From: an uncultured bacterium
GTDB lineage: Bacteria > Bacteroidota > Bacteroidia > Chitinophagales > Chitinophagaceae
DNA length: 64,000 nucleotides
Reading direction: 5' to 3'
NCBI GenBank assembly: GCA_966095395.1
Contig: CBHTSW010000016.1
Span: forward strand, 12,113-76,112
In this document: positions 30,849-40,076 of the stretch, piece by piece
How positions within the stretch are numbered: position 1 is the first letter of the stretch
How the letters are laid out: every line of letters starts with the position of its first letter
The notes under the pieces: generated by a model
Told to the model about the DNA's origin: nothing
The model's database searches: none
What the model saw: the letters and a program-made list of their open reading frames with translations, nothing else
Position numbers and translations under genes: made by a program

Positions 30849-32003
30849 TCATTTCAGGCTTTTCAACCAATCATTGATTCCCTGATAAATCTTTTTGGCC
30901 ACGTCTTTATGAAAGGATTCGTTCAAAATACGTTGCTCGTCTTCTGCATTGCTTAAAAAAGCCACCTCCACCAGGCAATTGGGATATTCGGTGGGGCCGC
31001 TCAGGGAAAAATTAAATGCACCGACATTCCCGAAATTATTCAGTTTTAATTCCAGCATGCGGTCTAAAACCGATTGGGTAAGCGGACGGAAACCAATGTA
31101 CCGGTAGTACGTGCTGACTCCTTTTACAGTCTTATTTCCGGAAGAATTTAAATGAATGCTGATAAGAATGTCCGGTTGTTGCTCCTGTAAGGACAGGATC
31201 CTTTCGTTCATACCCAGGTCTTCGTCTGCGGACCGTGTCATATAAACGTTTGCTTTTTTCTTTCTTAAATATTTTTCCAGCTGCCGGGCCATCTTCAGCG
31301 TGTATTCTTTTTCACTAATACCGGTAGTAAGTCCTTTTGCCCCCGAGTTGGTACCGCCATGTCCCGCATCAATGGCAATTTTTAAACCTTTTACTGTTAA
31401 GCGGGCAGGTTGTTGCTTAATTCTTATTTGTAAAGCATTGTTTTTATAAAACAGCGCATGGCCCCAGTGCTGCTTGTGTTTCAGCTCTATGTAAATGCGA
31501 AATACATCATCCTGTATTTGCTCATGCCATACATTTTTAATTTCCTTTACCGTTTTTAACTGTGTAATCCAGTTTGTATTGCTGGTGGCACCAAAAATAT
31601 CCACTACGATCCGGGAAGGATCCATTTGTTGCACACTGCGATAGGGCAGCTTTTCGGTTAAGGCCACAGAAACATAATCATACACCGAATCGCCCCAAAC
31701 CCGCCAGCTTGAAGTAAGGTACGAGGCCTGTTGTTTCACCGAATCATCCCTGCGGAAGTTTTGCTTCGGAAGATAGGCTACATGGTTGTTGGAAAGCCGG
31801 ACCTTATAATCACGGTCAACACTGTCAATCACGTTGATCAAAACATTGGTGTCCAGGTAGGTCATCTTGGCTCCTCCTAAACGATCGTCGCCCAAGCCAT
31901 ATTTAAGGTAGGGAAGCGGGCCGGTGGTGCGGCCCTGAAAACTACTTTGAGCCTGAATTGCATAGGAAGAAAAAAGGAACAAAAGGATGGTAACCGTTTT
32001 CAT
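30849..32003 (-). CDS. N-acetylmuramoyl-L-alanine amidase (Amidase_3-type)
   Basis: Signal peptide, and a C-terminal catalytic domain beginning IAIDAGHGG and ending LVEVAFLSN. Confidence 0.85.
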   Translation of the reverse strand: MKTVTILLFLFSSYAIQAQSSFQGRTTGPLPYLKYGLGDDRLGGAKMTYLDTNVLINVIDSVDRDYKVRLSNNHVAYLPKQNFRRDDSVKQQASYLTSSWRVWGDSVYDYVSVALTEKLPYRSVQQMDPSRIVVDIFGATSNTNWITQLKTVKEIKNVWHEQIQDDVFRIYIELKHKQHWGHALFYKNNALQIRIKQQPARLTVKGLKIAIDAGHGGTNSGAKGLTTGISEKEYTLKMARQLEKYLRKKKANVYMTRSADEDLGMNERILSLQEQQPDILISIHLNSSGNKTVKGVSTYYRYIGFRPLTQSVLDRMLELKLNNFGNVGAFNFSLSGPTEYPNCLVEVAFLSNAEDEQRILNESFHKDVAKKIYQGINDWLKSLK

Positions 32004-32176
32004 AAAAGCAAATTAACACAAAACTACGCGAAGCACTTTCGTAATTGTCCCAAATGTTTTTAGTGGTAGTACTCCATTTTATTTTAATGTTATGATTTTA
32101 TGAATTAGGAACATAAATTAGCCCTTGTAAGAAGCAGCTGTATGCTTTGTGTGTGAAATCCTAAAATCCTATCCTT

Positions 32177-32872
32177 ATGAACTGGAATACCATCCTTGGT
32201 GTTGCCGCTACCCTCTCATTCTTTTTACCGGCTGTTGCCATAGTTTATTACAAACTATATCAAGACCGGAGCCTGGCAGCCTTATTAGTTTCTTATTTGA
32301 TAACAGCTCTATACAACCTCATGGCGGAAGGAATGATTTCTCTTCCGGCTTCTTTTGAAAAGGGGTTTGGAGTGATCAACAATTATCTTGATGTTCCGTT
32401 GATGTTAATGGCACTTTTATTCTTCTGCCCCATAAAACAAAAGCAGCGCACCATTTATATTATCCTGGCTGTTTTTATTGCCTATGAACTGGTGATTGCC
32501 TTTTTATTCGGGCTAAACCCCAAAGCGGTGGTGTACATCATGGGGCCGGGACTTATCCTGATACTTGTTTATACTTTTTATTTATTTATCCGCCACATCA
32601 AAATCACTGTTGAATTTGGCAAGAATGCAGGAAGAACCTTAATGCTGGTTTCTATTTTGTTTGCCTATGGATGTTATGGCCTCGTTTATTATTTCTATTA
32701 TATTTTAAAGACACCGGCCGTGGCGGACGTCTTTTTGATCTACTATATTACAAGTTTAGTTTCCTCTGTGGTAATGACCATAGGCCTTCACCTGACCCGG
32801 CAAAGAATGAGAGAATTGCAGGCGGTTAAAAACACAAGGCGTGAGCTGGCTGTATTTTTTGGAAATGGATAA
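32177..32872 (+). CDS. Hypothetical multi-pass membrane protein
   Basis: 231 aa with about 6-7 hydrophobic segments. ATG verified. I recognise no domain. Confidence 0.5.
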   Translation: MNWNTILGVAATLSFFLPAVAIVYYKLYQDRSLAALLVSYLITALYNLMAEGMISLPASFEKGFGVINNYLDVPLMLMALLFFCPIKQKQRTIYIILAVFIAYELVIAFLFGLNPKAVVYIMGPGLILILVYTFYLFIRHIKITVEFGKNAGRTLMLVSILFAYGCYGLVYYFYYILKTPAVADVFLIYYITSLVSSVVMTIGLHLTRQRMRELQAVKNTRRELAVFFGNG

Positions 32873-32944
32873 AGAGTGAAGCCTTGACAAGTTGACAAGG
32901 CTAAGGTGCCTACATATGCCCTGCCAACTTGTTAGGACTTATCT

Positions 32945-34726
32945 TTAAAACGGATATCTTCTGTCACTGATCAATCTGTCCGCAATTCTTCTTCTTGCTT
33001 CTTTACTGTTGAAAGGCTGCGCCTTGGTAAAACGTTTGATTCCCATTAGTATCATCCGCTGCTCATCGCCTTCGGCAAATGCATTAACCGCATCTTTACC
33101 GTTTTTATGAATGCGGTCGGCTGCATCGTAAAGGTAGCAATTCAAAATATCGTGGTAAATCGAATCGCTGTGGCCCTGCCCCTTTAATTTTACCACGCGC
33201 AACAACAGGCTTTCGGCAACAAATGCATCAATCGCCATATCTGCAATGCACATCAAAACTTCCTGTTCTTTTTCCAACTGCATCATAAGTTTTTGGGCAG
33301 CGGCACCGGCCGTTAGCAAAACTGTTTTTTTGAAATCGTTTACCAGTTTTCTTTCCGCTGCAAAAGGCGTTTCCTCTTCGCTTCCAAAATCCGGGATACT
33401 CATCAACTCCTGCGATACCTTCATGGCGGCCCCCATAATATTCAGCCGTCCCTGCATGGCACGTTTCAGCGTCATATCCACAGTAAGCAAACGATTGATC
33501 TCATTTGTTCCTTCGTAAATGCGGTTAATACGGCTATCCCGGTAGGCCCTTGAAATATCGTATTCGGCACTGAATCCATTTCCTCCATGGATTTGCACGC
33601 CTTCATCTACTACAAAATCCAGGGTTTCACTTCCATGCACTTTTAAAATGGCACATTCAATGGCATATTCTTCCGCAGCACCCAATAGGGCTTCATTAAA
33701 GGGCTTACCGCTCTGCAGCAACTCATGCTCTTTGTCGTCGATCATTTTGGCCGTGCGGTATAGGGCACTTTCACAGGCAAAGGTTTGAATGGCCATTTCA
33801 GCCAGCTTGTGTTTAATGGCGCCGAAATTGGCAATGGCGGTTTTAAACTGTTCTCTTGTCACTGCATATTCAACAGAATTTGTGATGGCTCTTTTGGCAC
33901 CCCCAAGCGTTGCCGCACAAAGTTTCAAACGGCCGATGTTTAAAATATTAAAAGCAATCTTATGTCCCTTGCCAATCTCTCCCAATACATTTTCCACCGG
34001 CACCCTGCAATCCTGGAAGTAAAGTTGAACGGTAGAAGAGCCCTTAATACCCATCTTATGTTCTTCAGGCCCTTGCGTAAACCCTTCATATCCTCTTTCT
34101 ACAATAAAGCCGGTAAATTTATCGCCATCCACTTTTGCAAAAACGGTATATACATCAGCAAAACCACCATTGGTGATCCAGCATTTTTGCCCGTTTAAAA
34201 TATAGTATTTACCGTCTTCACTCAAGCGGGCCGTTGTTTTAGCACCAAGGGCATCACTACCGCTATTGGGCTCTGTTAAACCATAGGCGCCGGTCCATTC
34301 GCCGCTTATTAATTTTGGAATGTATTTCTGTTTTTGCTCGGCTGTTCCGAAATACAAAATAGGCAACGTGCCAATACCCGTATGTGCCGAAATAGCTACA
34401 GAAAAAGAGTGGCCGGCGCCAAGATATTCATTGACGATCGTAGAAGTAACAAAATCTTTTCCCAGGCCGCCATATTCTTCAGGGAACGAAGTGGCCAGCA
34501 AACCCTGCTCACCGGCTTTTTGTACCAGTGAACGCATAAGGCCCGGTTCCATACTATCAATCCTTTCCAGGATGGGCATTACTTCCGTATCAAGGTATTG
34601 GTTGCACATATCGCGGATCATTCGCTGTTCCTCAGAAAAATCTTCCGGTATAAATGTGGCGGCAGGATCCCTTTCCTTTACCAGCCATTCTCCGCCCTTT
34701 AATGCCTTATTGGTTACTGCTTCCAT
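32945..34726 (-). CDS. Acyl-CoA dehydrogenase family protein (long form)
   Basis: 593 aa with ACAD N, middle and C domain patterns (GLTEPNSGSDA, QIHGGNGFSAEY, RINRIYEGTNEI). Confidence 0.9.
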   Translation of the reverse strand: MEAVTNKALKGGEWLVKERDPAATFIPEDFSEEQRMIRDMCNQYLDTEVMPILERIDSMEPGLMRSLVQKAGEQGLLATSFPEEYGGLGKDFVTSTIVNEYLGAGHSFSVAISAHTGIGTLPILYFGTAEQKQKYIPKLISGEWTGAYGLTEPNSGSDALGAKTTARLSEDGKYYILNGQKCWITNGGFADVYTVFAKVDGDKFTGFIVERGYEGFTQGPEEHKMGIKGSSTVQLYFQDCRVPVENVLGEIGKGHKIAFNILNIGRLKLCAATLGGAKRAITNSVEYAVTREQFKTAIANFGAIKHKLAEMAIQTFACESALYRTAKMIDDKEHELLQSGKPFNEALLGAAEEYAIECAILKVHGSETLDFVVDEGVQIHGGNGFSAEYDISRAYRDSRINRIYEGTNEINRLLTVDMTLKRAMQGRLNIMGAAMKVSQELMSIPDFGSEEETPFAAERKLVNDFKKTVLLTAGAAAQKLMMQLEKEQEVLMCIADMAIDAFVAESLLLRVVKLKGQGHSDSIYHDILNCYLYDAADRIHKNGKDAVNAFAEGDEQRMILMGIKRFTKAQPFNSKEARRRIADRLISDRRYPF

Positions 34727-34785
34727 ATTATAAGAGTTTAAGGTTTAAGATTCAGATCGGTTCCAACAGTGCGATAACTGATGGT

Positions 34786-35229
34786 TTAATTATTCAAATT
34801 GTCATACACTTTTTGCAAAACTTCTTTGCACATTTCCACCTGGTCGGCGGGCACACCACTCAGCGCTTCATTTAATGTTTCCTCAGCCAGCTGCATGGTT
34901 TCTTCCTGTAGTTTTTGCGCTGTCCTGGTTAAAAAAATTTTATTGATCCGCCTGTCTTTGTCGTCTGAAACCCTTTTTACCAGGTTTAATTTCTCCAGGT
35001 TATCAACCAGGCGGGTGATGCTTGGCTTGTCTCTAAAGGTAGCGTTGCATAACTCCTGTTGGCTGGCTCCATCCTGTTTCCATAAATGATAGAGAACGCT
35101 CCATTGCTCAATGGTCAGGTTCACGCCGGAAGTATTGAACTTCTTCTGCAATCTTCTGGCAATGGCGGTGGAGGCCTTACCTGTAATGAAGCTATAGAGT
35201 TCCCCTTTTTTAAATTGGTTGTTTGGCAT
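34786..35229 (-). CDS. MarR-family transcriptional regulator
   Basis: 147 aa with a winged-HTH segment (QQELCNATFRDKPSITRLVDNLEKLNLVKRVSDDKDRR), upstream of the acyl-CoA dehydrogenase gene. Confidence 0.85.
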   Translation of the reverse strand: MPNNQFKKGELYSFITGKASTAIARRLQKKFNTSGVNLTIEQWSVLYHLWKQDGASQQELCNATFRDKPSITRLVDNLEKLNLVKRVSDDKDRRINKIFLTRTAQKLQEETMQLAEETLNEALSGVPADQVEMCKEVLQKVYDNLNN

Positions 35230-35377
35230 ATAGTTGTTTATGCAACTAAGTAAATTTAACGAGCTCTGTCCAGAAAAACAAATTAATTGTTCCTTATCTA
35301 TTTAAAATAATTTTAATTCTTTAACTTGTATTGCCTGCTGAAATTAATGGACCTGCTAATGCACTTAAAACAGGTTT

Positions 35378-36613
35378 ATGAAAAGAGCTTTACTCTCTGC
35401 CTTATTGATAACGGCACCACTGCTCTTCGGTATTTTACATGCACAGGAAAGGGTGGTGGTTTTGGGTTCTTCTACGGCGGCAGGAACGGGTGCTTCTGTA
35501 TATGATTCTTCATGGGTAGGCAGGCTTCAGTTAGAATACCGAAAAAATGTATCTGCAGGAAACCCGGACACGATAGTAATCAACCTGGCTGTGGGCGGCA
35601 CCACTACGTATTCGGCCCTGCCAACCGGATATGCACCACCTCCCGGCCGGCCGTTTCCAGACCCGGAGCACAATATATCCAAAGCTTTAAACTTTTCCCC
35701 GGCTGTTATCATTATTAATTTCCCAACAAACGATATCGGGAGTAGTTATACGGCTAAGGAATACATGGACAACCTTCGCTATTTATATCAATATGCTAAT
35801 TCAGCCGGTGTTAAAACATACATTTCTACTACACAGCCCAGGAACCAGTTTGATTTTGCAAAACGACGCATATTGCGACAGTTAGTTGACTCCGTCAATA
35901 ACCATTTTGGCAGGTATGCTATCAACTTTTGGGATGACCTGGTAACCAATGACGATCAATATAATTTGAGAGCGGAGGTAAATTCCGGAGATGGTGTACA
36001 CGTAAATGAGTTTGGCCATCGCCTTTTATTTCAAAGCGTACAAACTAAAAATATTTTTGTTGCCAATGCGCCCCTTCCTTCATCACTGGTTACCTTCCAG
36101 GTACAATTCCAAAATAAAACGGCTGTACTAACCTGGCAAACACGACATGAGCAAGCAAACACTTTCTTTGAACTGCAGCGTGGTGCTGACGGTCAAACAT
36201 TTGAAACAATAATCCATATAGAGGCAAAAGGAACAGGCCAGGGAACAAATTATTCCTGGACCGACAAGCATCTTTTATCCGGGCAAAATTTTTATCGCCT
36301 GAAAATTGTTGAATCGAACAGGGTAAGCTATTCAGGGGTGTTAAGTATTTACAACAATAAGCCTTTTTCCATTGATAAGATTTATGCCGGCTCCTCTGCT
36401 ATACAGGTAACACTGCTTAGCGATAAAACGCAGGCGGTGACGGTAAGGATCATTAATTTATTGGGCGGGGTGGTTGACCAACTACGCTATACCATAGCGT
36501 CTCCTTCGGTACGTTTGACGATCCCGGTTTCCAGGTTAGCAGCCGGGCCCTATTTTCTTAGGATAGAAAGCCCCGACGCCATGGACACGAAAGCCTTCCA
36601 AAAGCTTCCATAA
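35378..36613 (+). CDS. Secreted SGNH/GDSL-type hydrolase with T9SS-type C-terminal sorting domain
   Basis: Signal peptide, block I VVVLGSSTAAG, later GDGVHVN (block V-like), and a C-terminal beta-rich tail of about 80 aa (...LAAGPYFLRIESPD...) resembling Por/T9SS CTDs. Confidence 0.7.
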   Translation: MKRALLSALLITAPLLFGILHAQERVVVLGSSTAAGTGASVYDSSWVGRLQLEYRKNVSAGNPDTIVINLAVGGTTTYSALPTGYAPPPGRPFPDPEHNISKALNFSPAVIIINFPTNDIGSSYTAKEYMDNLRYLYQYANSAGVKTYISTTQPRNQFDFAKRRILRQLVDSVNNHFGRYAINFWDDLVTNDDQYNLRAEVNSGDGVHVNEFGHRLLFQSVQTKNIFVANAPLPSSLVTFQVQFQNKTAVLTWQTRHEQANTFFELQRGADGQTFETIIHIEAKGTGQGTNYSWTDKHLLSGQNFYRLKIVESNRVSYSGVLSIYNNKPFSIDKIYAGSSAIQVTLLSDKTQAVTVRIINLLGGVVDQLRYTIASPSVRLTIPVSRLAAGPYFLRIESPDAMDTKAFQKLP

Positions 36614-36668
36614 CTTTTTGTTTGACACAAGGTCTGAATATTCGCTGCGCAGACTAGATTTGCCACTA

Positions 36669-37790
36669 ATGATTCTTGATTGGATGGTCATAATTTTCTT
36701 TATTGTTTATGCGCTTCTGCTTTTTTACTACAAGCGTGGTTGGCAATCGCTATCAGAATTTATACCGCCTGGAAATAACAAGTACAGTTTTATCTCCGTC
36801 ATTATTGCCGCACGAAACGAGGAAAACCAGATTGGCAACCTTTTAAAAGCCCTGGAGGAGCAAACTTATCCCAGGGATCTTTTTGAAATTATTGTAGTGG
36901 ATGATTTTTCAACAGACACGACGGCTGCTGTAGTAAAGCAATTCCCCTTGTCTAATCTTTCCCTTATTCAACCCAATGTTTCAAAGGAGACTTCGTCCAA
37001 AAAGAAAGCCATTGAAGCAGGCATAAACCTGGCAAAGGGAGAATTGATTCTGAGTACAGATGCCGACTGCATCGTTCCTGCCGACTGGCTCGGCATCATC
37101 AACGGCTTTTATACATCCACCGGTGCGTCTTTTATTGTAGCACCGGTAAAGTTTACCCACGACCACACCACCTTACAGCGCTTTCAGGCAATTGATTTTT
37201 TAGTACTGCAGGGCATTACGGCCGCCAGTGCGGGAAATCATTTTCACATCATGTGCAACGGTGCCAACCTGGCGTATAAAAAACAAGCTTTTGCAGATGT
37301 AAAGGGCTTTGAAGGAATTGACAAAGTGGCCACCGGCGATGATATGCTCCTGATGCATAAGATCCATAAGCAAAATCCTGGTAAAGTTTTTTACCTGAAA
37401 AACAAAAACGCCGTTGTTACCACCGAACCTATGCTGACCTGGAAAACCTTTTTCATGCAGCGTAAAAGATGGGCCAGCAAAACCCTGGTATATGATGATT
37501 ACAGAATCATAGCGGTTCTGGCCTTTGTGTATGCATTCAATTGTCTTTTTTTCATTTTACTTATCGCTTCTTTTTTTAATCCCGTTTACTGGTTTTACAC
37601 GCTGGGATACCTGCTGCTTAAAACGGCTGTTGAATGGCGGTTTGTGGCCGCTGTTGCCCAATTCTATAAAGAACAAAAACTTATGCGCTATTTTCTTTTC
37701 TTTCAACCCATACATATTTTGTATACGGTGCTTGTTGGCGCCCTAAGCCAGTTTGGGAAATATGAATGGAAAGAAAGAACAACAAAATAA
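36669..37790 (+). CDS. Membrane-bound family-2 glycosyltransferase
   Basis: GT-A motifs (SVIIAARNEE, VVDDFSTD, STDADC) plus N- and C-terminal TM segments. The first ATG is at 36669 (the track start 36618 is TTG). Confidence 0.8.
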   Translation: MILDWMVIIFFIVYALLLFYYKRGWQSLSEFIPPGNNKYSFISVIIAARNEENQIGNLLKALEEQTYPRDLFEIIVVDDFSTDTTAAVVKQFPLSNLSLIQPNVSKETSSKKKAIEAGINLAKGELILSTDADCIVPADWLGIINGFYTSTGASFIVAPVKFTHDHTTLQRFQAIDFLVLQGITAASAGNHFHIMCNGANLAYKKQAFADVKGFEGIDKVATGDDMLLMHKIHKQNPGKVFYLKNKNAVVTTEPMLTWKTFFMQRKRWASKTLVYDDYRIIAVLAFVYAFNCLFFILLIASFFNPVYWFYTLGYLLLKTAVEWRFVAAVAQFYKEQKLMRYFLFFQPIHILYTVLVGALSQFGKYEWKERTTK

Positions 37791-38892
37791 ATTTTATCTT
37801 CCACCGGTGAATTATAACCAGCAATCATTTTGGCAGGCTTCATGGAAACGGCTGAAGAAGAACAAAGGCGCTATGGCAGGATTGGTGATGATCGTAATCG
37901 CCATTTTCATTGCCCTGTTTGGATATTTCCTGGCATCCGACCCTTCTCCCTTTGCCAACCGGATTATTTTGGAGATCGGCGGCGAAAAGCCGGGTTATCA
38001 AAGATCTTTTTTGCTCGTAAAAAAAGAACAGCAACCCGCATCCAACTTTTTTACAAGGCTGGTATCCGGAAAGCCGGACAAATATGATTACCTGCCTGTC
38101 AGTTCATGGCAACAAAAGGGCGACAGCGTCATCATTCAAAAATTTATTGATGAAGGGGTAAGTGAACGCATGGCCTTTCATAAAACCCAGGTGGCAGATA
38201 ACCCGGTCATCACCCAAACATTTTATGTGGGCACCGATAAATACGGCCGCGATATTTTAAGCCGGTTAATTATTGGAACACGGGTGAGCCTTAGCGTGGG
38301 GTTGATTACCGTACTCATCTCCCTTACCGTGGGCATTACACTTGGCGCCATTGCAGGCTATTTCAGGGGCAAAGCAGATGAAGCCATCATGTGGCTGATC
38401 AACGTCATCTGGAGCATTCCGACCTTGTTATTGGTCTTTGCCATTACTTTATTGTTAGGCAAGGGTTTCTGGCAGGTATTCATTGCCGTAGGATTAACCA
38501 TGTGGGTAAATGTAGCAAGGCTGGTTCGCGGACAGGTGATGGCCGCAAAAGAGTTGCAGTATGTGGAAGCCGGAAAGGTTTTGGGATTCTCCGACTCCCG
38601 GATCATTGCCCGCCATATTTTACCAAACATCCTCGGCCCTATTTTGGTCATTGCAGCGTCCAATTTTGCCTCCGCCATAGTTATTGAAGCAGGGTTGAGC
38701 TTTTTAGGTGTGGGCGTGCAGCCCCCGCAACCCAGCTGGGGGCTTATGATCAAGGAAAATTACAATTTCATTATCACGCAAAATCCTATGCTGGCATTGG
38801 CTCCGGGCTTTGCCATCATGTTGCTGGTACTGGCGTTCAACCTGTTGGGAAACGGCCTGAGAGATGCATTGAATGTAAGAGGGAAAATTTAA
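37762..38892 (+). CDS. ABC transporter permease (DppC/OppC-like)
   Basis: N-terminal SFWQASWKRLKKNKGAMAGLVMI and an EAA-loop-like VEAGKVLGFSDSRIIARHILPN. ATG 37762 overlaps the preceding GT2 gene by 29 nt. No cognate ATPase or binding protein lies nearby. Confidence 0.8.
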   Translation: MNGKKEQQNKFYLPPVNYNQQSFWQASWKRLKKNKGAMAGLVMIVIAIFIALFGYFLASDPSPFANRIILEIGGEKPGYQRSFLLVKKEQQPASNFFTRLVSGKPDKYDYLPVSSWQQKGDSVIIQKFIDEGVSERMAFHKTQVADNPVITQTFYVGTDKYGRDILSRLIIGTRVSLSVGLITVLISLTVGITLGAIAGYFRGKADEAIMWLINVIWSIPTLLLVFAITLLLGKGFWQVFIAVGLTMWVNVARLVRGQVMAAKELQYVEAGKVLGFSDSRIIARHILPNILGPILVIAASNFASAIVIEAGLSFLGVGVQPPQPSWGLMIKENYNFIITQNPMLALAPGFAIMLLVLAFNLLGNGLRDALNVRGKI

Positions 38893-39026
38893 TAACAAAC
38901 TCTATAACAGCCCTGTATAGCCGATTTCTTTATGTGCTTGGCGACGGGACTACTACTACTATTGGGCTTCCGTTGTGTCAGTCACCTGTACTTCCTGTTC
39001 GTTAAGCAGCTTTTCAAATGCTGCTG

Positions 39027-39500
39027 TCAGTTTTCTGCAATGACTTTTACATTCCTGTTCAGGCTTTCTTCCAAAGAAATAAATGTTTCTGTACGTTCAA
39101 TGCCCTTTATTTTTTGCAGTTCGTCGTGTAAAATTGTCCGTAGCTGACCTATATCCTTGCAAACCACTTCGGCAAAAATGCTGTAGTTGCCTGTTGTATA
39201 GTTCATGCGAACGATCTCCGGTATTTTTTTCAGATCCTTTGCCACCGTGTCATACAACGAACTTTTTTCCAGGTAAATACCAATAAAGGCAATCACATCA
39301 TAGCCCAGTTTTTTCAGGTCAACATGAAATTTCATTCCGTTGATGATACCGGCATCCTGTAGTTTTTTGATGCGGACATGAATGGTGCCTGCCGAAACAA
39401 ACAATTTTTTACCCATTTCCGCATAGGAAACGCCGGCATCGTGCATGAGTTGCTGAATGATCTGCAGATCCAATTTGTCAATATTCAAAACGTCGGGCAT
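39027..39500 (-). CDS. Lrp/AsnC-family transcriptional regulator
   Basis: 157 aa with an N-terminal HTH (LDLQIIQQLMHDAGVSYAEMGKKLFVSAGTIHVRIKKL) and a C-terminal RAM/AsnC domain. ATG verified at 39498-39500. Confidence 0.88.
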   Translation of the reverse strand: MPDVLNIDKLDLQIIQQLMHDAGVSYAEMGKKLFVSAGTIHVRIKKLQDAGIINGMKFHVDLKKLGYDVIAFIGIYLEKSSLYDTVAKDLKKIPEIVRMNYTTGNYSIFAEVVCKDIGQLRTILHDELQKIKGIERTETFISLEESLNRNVKVIAEN

Positions 39501-39574
39501 TTTGGGGATTTAATTTTGATATTATTTAATGATACTGCAATATATTAAACAGAATCTAAACTTTTTACTTATTG

Positions 39575-39605
39575 ATTGAATATTATAAAAGGCGTTCTAT
39601 TTTTG
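39575..39605 (+). promoter_or_regulatory. Candidate Bacteroidota sigma-A-type promoter for the tRNA-like unit
   Basis: TATTTTTG (39598-39605) fits the TAnnTTTG -7 consensus, with a TTG (39576-39578) 19 nt upstream. This is a motif match only, and the same spacer could also serve the divergent Lrp gene. Confidence 0.25.
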
Positions 39606-39689
39606 ACTTCTCAAAGTTCATTGAAACAGAATAAGAAGGCAGCCACGGGAGGGACAATCCAACCCGTACTGGATTCTTGTTCATTTATA

Positions 39690-39863
39690 CTGTGGGGTGA
39701 TGAAACCTTAGGCAGACATGCCCCCTTGTCTCGGGGGTGGGGAGCACAGGATAAACAAAAAGTAGAGCCGACGTTACTCAGGTAAGGCCGACCAGGGTTG
39801 ACCACTAAATCTTTGCTTTTTCGCTAACTGCCCCGTGGAGGTTCGACTCCTCCCCCTACAGCA
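39690..39863 (+). ncRNA. Unclassified tRNA-like structured RNA candidate (tRNA order, about 99-nt insertion at the variable-loop position)
   Basis: 8-bp closing helix CTGTGGGG (39690-97) / CCCTACAG (39854-61, one G.U). Hairpin CCCCC-TTGTCTC-GGGGG (39721-37). Canonical T arm GGAGG-TTCGACT-CCTCC (39837-53) abutting the 3' strand of the closing helix. No CCA is encoded, no credible CDS is present, and a terminator follows. Confidence 0.35.
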
Positions 39864-39882
39864 TTTTTCATGTGTGTTTTAA

Positions 39883-39923
39883 GCTCGTAAGCGTCTGTTA
39901 TTGAACAACTTACGGGCTTTTTT
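39883..39923 (+). terminator. Rho-independent terminator after the tRNA-like unit
   Basis: 9-bp stem GCTCGTAAG (39883-91) / CTTACGGGC (39909-17, one U.G) followed by TTTTTT (39918-23). Confidence 0.6.
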
Positions 39924-40076
39924 AATTTTTACCCTCTTGAAAAGGGAACCGTATAGGGGACCGTTTCAGAATAATTTAGGCTAAAACTCTTCAGTGAACT
40001 GTTTAAGCCATCCTTTCTTTTGCGCTTTGCGGTTGTTGCGCTTTTTGCGGATTATGTGTTTATTCCGTTGATTGTT

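Noticed and set aside
39714-39737. H-type pseudoknot AGACA(14-18)/TGTCT(27-31) interleaved with CCCCC(21-25)/GGGGG(33-37)
   Set aside because: The connecting loops would be only 2, 1 and 1 nt, which is sterically too short for both helices to coexist. These are better read as mutually exclusive alternative hairpins.
39576-39785. 69-aa track ORF as a protein-coding gene
   Set aside because: It starts at TTG inside the AT-rich promoter region, has an odd composition, and coincides with the stretch that folds into helices and a T arm. I treat it as non-coding.
39690-39863. Standard tmRNA (ssrA) interpretation of the T-arm-containing RNA next to the island
   Set aside because: The 5' end lacks the GGGGCUGA-type start. 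The closing helix has no G3.U70 and does not end in ...UCCACCA. The whole closed domain is only about 172 nt. The only in-frame candidate tag (AQDKQKVEPTLLR*) does not end in the usual ...ALAA-type tail. I keep it only as tRNA/tmRNA-like.
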